This document shows positions 57,562-64,000 of a stretch of DNA of 64,000 nucleotides, piece by piece (the first letter of the stretch is position 1; each line of letters begins with the position of its first letter). The stretch is from Anaeramoeba ignava BMAN (Eukaryota; Protista; Anaeramoebae). The stretch lies in assembly GCA_028826165.1 (NCBI GenBank), contig JAPDFW010000125.1, positions 372,001-436,000 of the forward strand, written 5' to 3'. The position numbers and the translations under genes are program-made. Under the pieces are notes generated by a model. The model was not told the origin of the DNA, ran no database searches, and was given only the letters and a program-made list of their open reading frames with translations.

Positions 57562-59580
57562 ATGAATAATAAAAATAATAACAATAAAGATAACAATAAT
57601 AATAAAGATAATAATAATAATAAGTATAATATTGTTGTCGATCAACTATTTTGCCAAATTTCTTCGCAAGAAAAACAAAAACATAAAGCGCAATTAATTC
57701 AAAACTTCAGTGATTTATTAAAAGAAAATTCGAATTTTTCAGATTTTATTATTTTTGCAAGTCAAGATTCAACAATTTTAAAATGTCATAAATCAATTCT
57801 CAGTTGCCGATCAAAATTCTTCTATCGTCTTTTCAAACGTAAAAGAATCAATTCAATACATTTCCCTGAAATTTCTGTTGAAATGATGATGTCTATTCTT
57901 GAATTTATTTACTCTTCTAAAATTCTCTTCAAAAAATCCCAAATTATTGATTTCTGGAAACTTTCAATTAAATTTGAATTGGATTCACTTACAAATACAA
58001 TTGAAAAGCAACTCGAGAAAAATATCGATAAAGATAATGTTCTTCATATTTATTCTCAATTATGCTCTGAAAAACCAAATAAATTGAGAGTAAAATGTGT
58101 TAATTTTATTCGGAATAATTTTGATTATTTTATTCAAAATTCATTCATTTTCTGTTTCACTCAATTTCAAATGATGGAATTAATTCAAGATATTCTTACA
58201 GATTCCAAATTTACAAAATATTTTGAAATGGTTCAATTAATAGGGAATTGGGTTGAAAAAAGATATCTTTTTTTTGATCCACAAATTTTAACAAATCAAA
58301 ATCAAAATCAAAATCAAAATCAAAATGAAAATCAAAATCAAAATGAAAATGAAAATGAAAATTCAAATGAAAATCAAAATCAAAATTCAAATGAAAATCA
58401 AAATCAAAATCAAAATCAAAATCAAAATCAAAATCAAAATCAAAATCAAAATCAAAATCAAAATCAAAATCAAAATCAAAATCAAAATCAAAATCAAAAT
58501 CAAAATCAAAATCAAAATCAAAATCAAAATCAAAATCAAAATCAAAATCAGTATTTAAATCAATATCAAAATCAATTTTTACAATTAATTCAAAAAATCC
58601 CTCTAAAAAATATCTCACAAGAACAACTCCAAAAAATAATTGATTTGCCAAATTTACCCAAAATAATTCTTCTCCAAATGATGAAACAACAAATAAAACA
58701 AACCCATCAGAAAAATCAAAATTTGGAATTGATGAAAAAAACATATGAACAACAATCAATCGAAAAAGAAACCAAAATGCAAAATAAAATTGAAGAATTA
58801 ACAAAAAACTTTCTTGATCGAGAAAAAAAATTGATGAAAGAAATCAAACAAAAAAATGCTGAAATTCAAAATCTAAAAACTGAAAAACAAAAAAAGCAGA
58901 AGAAAACTATAACAAATTTAATAGCAGAACCCAAAAATTTGATAAAAAAATCAAAATCACGAGAATATTTGAATAAAAAATTGGGGAAAACATGTTTTGC
59001 AAAATCAAAAATAATAAGAGATATAGCATCATATGAATATTTAAAAGAATGGATCAACAACAAAGAATTAATGGAAAGAATGAAAATGGGGTTTTCAGCT
59101 TCAGTTCACGGATTTTCATCCGAAATATTTCATGAAAAATGTGATAATAAAGGAGAAACACTTGTTTTAATAAAAACAAAACAAGATTTTATTTTTGGAG
59201 GTTTTACTTCCGTTGGATTTATCTCTGATCCTTCAAAATGGGTAACAATAAGTTCAGAAAAAACATTTGGATTCTATCAAGATGACTTAGCCTTCATTTT
59301 CACATTGAAAAATCCACAAAATACAAAACCAGAAAAATTTTCCCGAAATGGAAAAACTGGAACCTATTCAATCCAATATCAATTTAAAGATTGTGGCCCT
59401 ATTTTTGGAGGTGGAATTGGTTCCGATATCGGAATAGTTAATGACTTGAAAAAAGGTTGGTCTGATTTTGGTACAAATTTTAAAATTCCTCAAAATCTTG
59501 AATATCCATCTGAAAATGCAAAGAACTTCTTAGCTGGTGGTGAATCTTGGAGTATTCAAGAATTGGAAGTTTATTTTTAA
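57562..59580 (+). CDS. BTB-BACK, poly-QN, coiled coil, TLDc domain protein
   Basis: BTB: FSDF...CHKSILSCRSKFF...ILEFIYS. TLDc: HGFSSEIFHEKCDNKGETLVLIKT...IFGGFT...AFIFTL...GPIFG...ELEVYF. Confidence 0.88.
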   Translation: MNNKNNNNKDNNNNKDNNNNKYNIVVDQLFCQISSQEKQKHKAQLIQNFSDLLKENSNFSDFIIFASQDSTILKCHKSILSCRSKFFYRLFKRKRINSIHFPEISVEMMMSILEFIYSSKILFKKSQIIDFWKLSIKFELDSLTNTIEKQLEKNIDKDNVLHIYSQLCSEKPNKLRVKCVNFIRNNFDYFIQNSFIFCFTQFQMMELIQDILTDSKFTKYFEMVQLIGNWVEKRYLFFDPQILTNQNQNQNQNQNENQNQNENENENSNENQNQNSNENQNQNQNQNQNQNQNQNQNQNQNQNQNQNQNQNQNQNQNQNQNQNQNQNQNQYLNQYQNQFLQLIQKIPLKNISQEQLQKIIDLPNLPKIILLQMMKQQIKQTHQKNQNLELMKKTYEQQSIEKETKMQNKIEELTKNFLDREKKLMKEIKQKNAEIQNLKTEKQKKQKKTITNLIAEPKNLIKKSKSREYLNKKLGKTCFAKSKIIRDIASYEYLKEWINNKELMERMKMGFSASVHGFSSEIFHEKCDNKGETLVLIKTKQDFIFGGFTSVGFISDPSKWVTISSEKTFGFYQDDLAFIFTLKNPQNTKPEKFSRNGKTGTYSIQYQFKDCGPIFGGGIGSDIGIVNDLKKGWSDFGTNFKIPQNLEYPSENAKNFLAGGESWSIQELEVYF

Positions 59581-60042
59581 AAAAAAAGTGGAATAAATTT
59601 TCTTTCTTTTTTTCTTTTTTTTCAATTTTTTTTTTCATTTTTTTTTTTTTAAATTTATAAAAGAAAGATATAGATGTTTTTTTTCTAATGATGATATCGG
59701 CATTTGTCTTATAATTTAATTAGAAATTTTATTTTGATTAAATTTTATGCTGAAAAAACACCAGCTACCAAAATAAAATTCTGAAGAAAAATAACATCTC
59801 TAAATAAATAAAACAAATATAAAAATTAAAAAATTAAAAAAAAATTTTTTTTCTTTTATTTTTTTTTTTTCATTTTTCTTTTTATAATTAAACAAACAGA
59901 AATTTAATTTAAATTAAATTTACAAATTATAATTACTTTTATAATTACTTTTATAATTATTTTTATAATTATTTTTATAATTATTGCTTTTTTATAATTA
60001 TTGCTTTTTTATAATTATTGCTTTTTTTGGAATTTGGAAATA

Positions 60043-62808
60043 ATGAGTCAATCACTATCTTTTACACATGAATGTGAAGAACAAAATCTTGGAGAAGGAC
60101 TTTTATCAAGACAAATACAATTAAAAATAACCAAATTTGGGTTTGGACCGCCAGATTTTTGTCATGTTATGAAAACCAGATTAAATTTTAAAAATCAATC
60201 AAAAAAAAAATCAAAACCAAATGTTGTTTTTGGATTTTATCATACTGTTATTGGTGTGGATACTTCAAATATTGCTTCAATTGCTAGTTATTTTGGTAGA
60301 TTATTAAGTTCTCAAGAAAATCCTTCAAAAAATAAAGAGAAATGGGTTATTATTTCTGGTACTTTTTGTTCTTATAATCCTTTTTCAAAATTGGATCTTC
60401 ATGTTCAATTTTCTCTTCCTGGAAACTTAATTTATTATTTTGTTGATGAAAATGGTTATAAATTGGATTTAAAAGAAAATTTTTCACCTAAATTTGGATT
60501 AATATCTTCTCCATTAATAAAAATAAATAAGAAGAAAAAGAAGAATAGTTTATTCAAAGAAAAAAATCAAAATCAAAAAAAAAATAATGAAAATCAAGAA
60601 AAAAATCAAAATCAAAATCAAAATCAAAATGAAAATCAAAATAAAAATCAAAATCAAAATCAAAATGAAAATCAAAATCAAAATGAAAATCAAAATCAAA
60701 ACCAAAATCAAAATCAAAATGAAAATCAAAATCAAAATCAAAATCAAAATCAAAACCAAAATCAAATTGAAAATCAAAATCAAAATCAAAATCAAAATCA
60801 AAATCAAAATCAAAATCAAAATCAAAATCAAAATCAAAATGAAAATCAAAATCAAGAAAAAAATCAAAATCAAAATCAAATTGAAAATCAAAATAAAAAT
60901 CAAATTGAAGAAAAAAATATTGAAAATCAGGATAATACTAAAGATACAGATAAAAATCTATGGAATGAAACTTATATCTCCTCTCTTTTTAGATCCATTC
61001 ATGCTCATCAAATTAATATCTATGATCAAATTCCAATTATTAATGTTGTTGATGATATTTTTCACACAGAAAATGAAACTTATTTGTTCAAACTATTTAA
61101 AATATTTTTTTGGAAAGGAAAAAAACTTGGATGTTCTAAACCAAGAAACCTTGTATCAAATACAAATAACTATTTTGTGGAATGTTTAGTAAATTATTTT
61201 TCTTGGAATTTCAAATTTACAAAAGGAATTAATTTATTCCAAGAATTTCTTGAAGAAGATCCCGAAATAGCAGTTCCTTTAAGTAAATTGTATCGAAAAA
61301 TCAAAGAATATAACAAAGCATTAAAAGTTCTTATTGAAAGTTATAACATTATACCTAATTCAATACCTTTATTGTCGATACTAATTAAAACATTGATCAA
61401 ATTGAATAAGAATAACAAGGCTTTCAAATTGGCATCCCATTTAGTATCTGTTGCGCCATATTTCCCAAAGGCATATATTCTTCTTGCAAAGGCGCAATTA
61501 AGGGAGAAGGACTATTCGGGAGTTTTTATGAGTTTGAACAATATTCCTTTTCATACAAACAATAATAATTCAACACCTTATTCAAAAATGGATTTACTCA
61601 CAATGTTTCCAAAACCAGAAAGAGTTATATTCCCAAACACTCCAAAACACAAAGTAAACAAAGATTTTCTTCAGGCCAAATTTTCTCAAAACAACAAAAA
61701 TAACAAAATAAAAAATGATAACCAAAAAGATGATAACAAAGAAATTTCAGAACTTCCAAGCAGGAAACTTGAAAATTCGCTTGAGAAAAATATTTATAGA
61801 ATATTGATTGCTTTTTCAATAAATTATGGATGGGAAAAAATGATGCAATGCAGAATTAATGTTTTTGAAAGAAACAATTATAATCTTTATTCAATTAAAA
61901 AACATCACAAAAAATCACATTTTGGAGAAAAAATTATTTATAAACCTGATGAAATCCCGAAATATGAATTATTCGAAAATAATAATGAAAATAATAATAA
62001 TGAAAATAATAATAATGAAAATAATGAAAATAATAATAATGAAAATAATAATGAAAATAATGAAAATAATAATAATAATAATTTTGCAGAAAAATATTGG
62101 CAAATTCATGAATTGGATTTTGATTGTGATATTTCAAGTCAAACTGAAAATGAATCGGGAAATGAGAAACAAAATAAAAATTCTAAACTAAAATATCTTC
62201 GAATGAATATCCAAGATAAATTCCCAGCGCCATTAACACAAATCATTTCCGATAACTCTAAAATCAACTATCAACAGTGGTTGGATAATTTGATTCAATT
62301 TCTTTATTATGATTTGAAGTATTTTAATAATTTTTTATTAGAAGAAGAAAAAGCCAAACAAAAACCAGATTTTTTAAAAGAAAAATATTCATATCAAGAA
62401 CTTGAATTAATAGGAGATTTAGCATATAGATTAAAGAATTTTCGGGCTTCAAAAAATTGCTATTTGCTAAATATTCAAATAACTGGAAATAAAGTTAAAA
62501 AAAAGAATCTTCAAGTATTTACTAAGTTGATGAAATTAAATCTTAAACGTGGATTAATGGCTGATGTGATTATAATTGCAAATCGCATTTTATTTTTTTT
62601 AAGTAGCAAAATACTTTCATTTGAAGAAGAATTTCAAGCTAAAAATGCTATTAGATTTTGTGTTTTTAAATTGATTTTTCAATATGGTTTTTCTCCTATA
62701 GATTTTTTTATTCAACAAAGATTTAACAAAGATCAACCAATTCATCCAAATTTTAATTTATTACTCCAAGAAGCAAAGAAAAAGAATATTGATGGTTCAA
62801 ATCGTTAA
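60043..62808 (+). CDS. ChAPs family (exomer) protein B, paralogue of 54615-57377
   Basis: ATG at 60043; GFGPPDFCHV.K, GFYHTVIGVDTS, YNPFSKLDL; collinear with protein A through to the IDG..R terminus. Confidence 0.8.
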   Translation: MSQSLSFTHECEEQNLGEGLLSRQIQLKITKFGFGPPDFCHVMKTRLNFKNQSKKKSKPNVVFGFYHTVIGVDTSNIASIASYFGRLLSSQENPSKNKEKWVIISGTFCSYNPFSKLDLHVQFSLPGNLIYYFVDENGYKLDLKENFSPKFGLISSPLIKINKKKKKNSLFKEKNQNQKKNNENQEKNQNQNQNQNENQNKNQNQNQNENQNQNENQNQNQNQNQNENQNQNQNQNQNQNQIENQNQNQNQNQNQNQNQNQNQNQNENQNQEKNQNQNQIENQNKNQIEEKNIENQDNTKDTDKNLWNETYISSLFRSIHAHQINIYDQIPIINVVDDIFHTENETYLFKLFKIFFWKGKKLGCSKPRNLVSNTNNYFVECLVNYFSWNFKFTKGINLFQEFLEEDPEIAVPLSKLYRKIKEYNKALKVLIESYNIIPNSIPLLSILIKTLIKLNKNNKAFKLASHLVSVAPYFPKAYILLAKAQLREKDYSGVFMSLNNIPFHTNNNNSTPYSKMDLLTMFPKPERVIFPNTPKHKVNKDFLQAKFSQNNKNNKIKNDNQKDDNKEISELPSRKLENSLEKNIYRILIAFSINYGWEKMMQCRINVFERNNYNLYSIKKHHKKSHFGEKIIYKPDEIPKYELFENNNENNNNENNNNENNENNNNENNNENNENNNNNNFAEKYWQIHELDFDCDISSQTENESGNEKQNKNSKLKYLRMNIQDKFPAPLTQIISDNSKINYQQWLDNLIQFLYYDLKYFNNFLLEEEKAKQKPDFLKEKYSYQELELIGDLAYRLKNFRASKNCYLLNIQITGNKVKKKNLQVFTKLMKLNLKRGLMADVIIIANRILFFLSSKILSFEEEFQAKNAIRFCVFKLIFQYGFSPIDFFIQQRFNKDQPIHPNFNLLLQEAKKKNIDGSNR

Positions 62809-62884
62809 AGTTCTTTTCTCTTTTTTCTCTTTTTTCTTTCAAAAATTTAAAATTCATTTTTTTTCTTCTTCTTTTTTTTTTTAA

Positions 62885-63706
62885 ATGAAATATTTTCAAT
62901 TTCTTTTCTTTTTTATATTTCTTTTTTTAATAATAAAATCTAATGAATTCCAAAATGAAATACATAAACATCCACCTGTAGTTTTTGTAGATGATTCCGA
63001 TTTAGAATTTGAAACAAATTCAAATTCAAATTCAAATTCAAATTCAAATTCAAATTCAAATTCAAAAAAATGTGAATTTGAAACTTTAATTCAAAAATTC
63101 AAAGAAAAAGAAAAAGAAAAAGAAAAAGGAAAAGATTCGAATTATTTTTTAACATTTTTACTTCATCTTTTTTTGATTATTTTAACTTTTTCTTTTTTCT
63201 TCCGTTTTTTCCGTTGTAAAAATCAAATTTCAAATTTCAAATTTAATTTCAAATTTCAAGGAAAACTTTTACTAAATTATTTAATTTTTCTTTAATTTTT
63301 TTTAGTGAAAATTCCTTTTGCTTCTTTTTTATTTTTTGTTTCTATTACTATTTTATTGATAACAATTATTTTTCTTTATCAACAAGAAATTTTAGTTCAA
63401 AGGCTTTGTAAAAAAGATTTTGAAAATTATTATAATAAATTTTGTGTTGTAAAAGAAAAACAAAAAGAGGATGAAAAGATTTGCCAAAAAATATCTTATT
63501 CTATTTATTCAAATTTCCCTTATTTAACGACTGTTTTGGAAACAATTAGAAATGATTTTTATTTTAGTTTTCAAAAAGCATTTCCTGATGGTTCAATTAA
63601 TTCTTTTAAAGGATTAGAATTTTTATTGAAAGAATTAAATTTATCCTCAATTATTTTCTTATTTAGTTCAATTTTTTCTCTTTTTTTTATTTTTATTTTC
63701 ATTTAA
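62885..63706 (+). CDS. Signal-peptide and multi-TM hypothetical membrane protein, 2 exons
   Basis: Hydrophobic N-terminus. Intron GTAAAA..TTAG 63216-63305 joins the two ORFs in frame. About 3 TM segments with a Cys-containing loop. Confidence 0.6.
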
Positions 63707-63724
63707 TTTTCATTTAATTTTGAA

Positions 63725-64000
63725 TTAAAATAAATATTAAATATTGATTTAAATATTGATTTAATTTAATTTAATTTGAATATTGATTTGAATATTGATT
63801 TGATTTAATTTGAATATTGATTTGAATATTGATTTAATTTGAATATTGATTTGATTTAATTTGATTTGATTTAATTTGATTTGATTTAATTTGAATATTG
63901 ATTTGAATATTGATTTGAATATTGATTTGATTTGATTTAATTTGAATATTGATTTGAATATTGATTTGATTTAATTTGAATATTGATTTAATTTGATTTG
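63725..64000. repeat. AT-rich tandem repeat (TTGAATATTGAT / TTGAT / TTAAT)
   Basis: Seen directly; runs off the window. Confidence 0.85.

Noticed and set aside
27918-62808. Inteins in the long ORFs
   Set aside because: No C/S...HN-C/S/T splice junctions or LAGLIDADG blocks recognised; the insertions are low-complexity loops.
62885-63706. Resemblance to Brl1/Brr6 or CLCC1 (TM - Cys loop - TM)
   Set aside because: Only three loop cysteines and no diagnostic motif; cannot be supported without a profile search.

Overview
Very AT-rich, gene-dense eukaryotic DNA with standard code, many short GT-AG introns and introns inflated by simple tandem repeats. The gene content (RCC1/ANK/LRR-BTB expansions, Rab, ChAPs, TCA-pyrimidine initiator-like motifs) resembles an anaerobic protist such as Anaeramoeba; that assignment is inference. 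Recognisable genes: RPS12, a UBA-USP pseudo-deubiquitinase, four RCC1-BTB-BTB paralogues, ANK-BTB-BTB, a Rab GTPase, CNOT4, a PAP2 phosphatase, ATG1/ULK, importin-5, LRR-BTB-BTB, two ChAPs (exomer) paralogues and BTB-TLDc. There is also a U1 snRNA and an apparently full-length non-LTR retrotransposon with a target-site duplication. Two standout observations: (1) an intact ~2,400-aa NRPS-like module (C'-A-T-E-C) that has lost its core catalytic motifs and is fused to a PH domain; (2) a textbook U12-type AT-AC intron in importin-5, which implies a minor spliceosome. All family calls come from reading motifs by eye; no database search was run.
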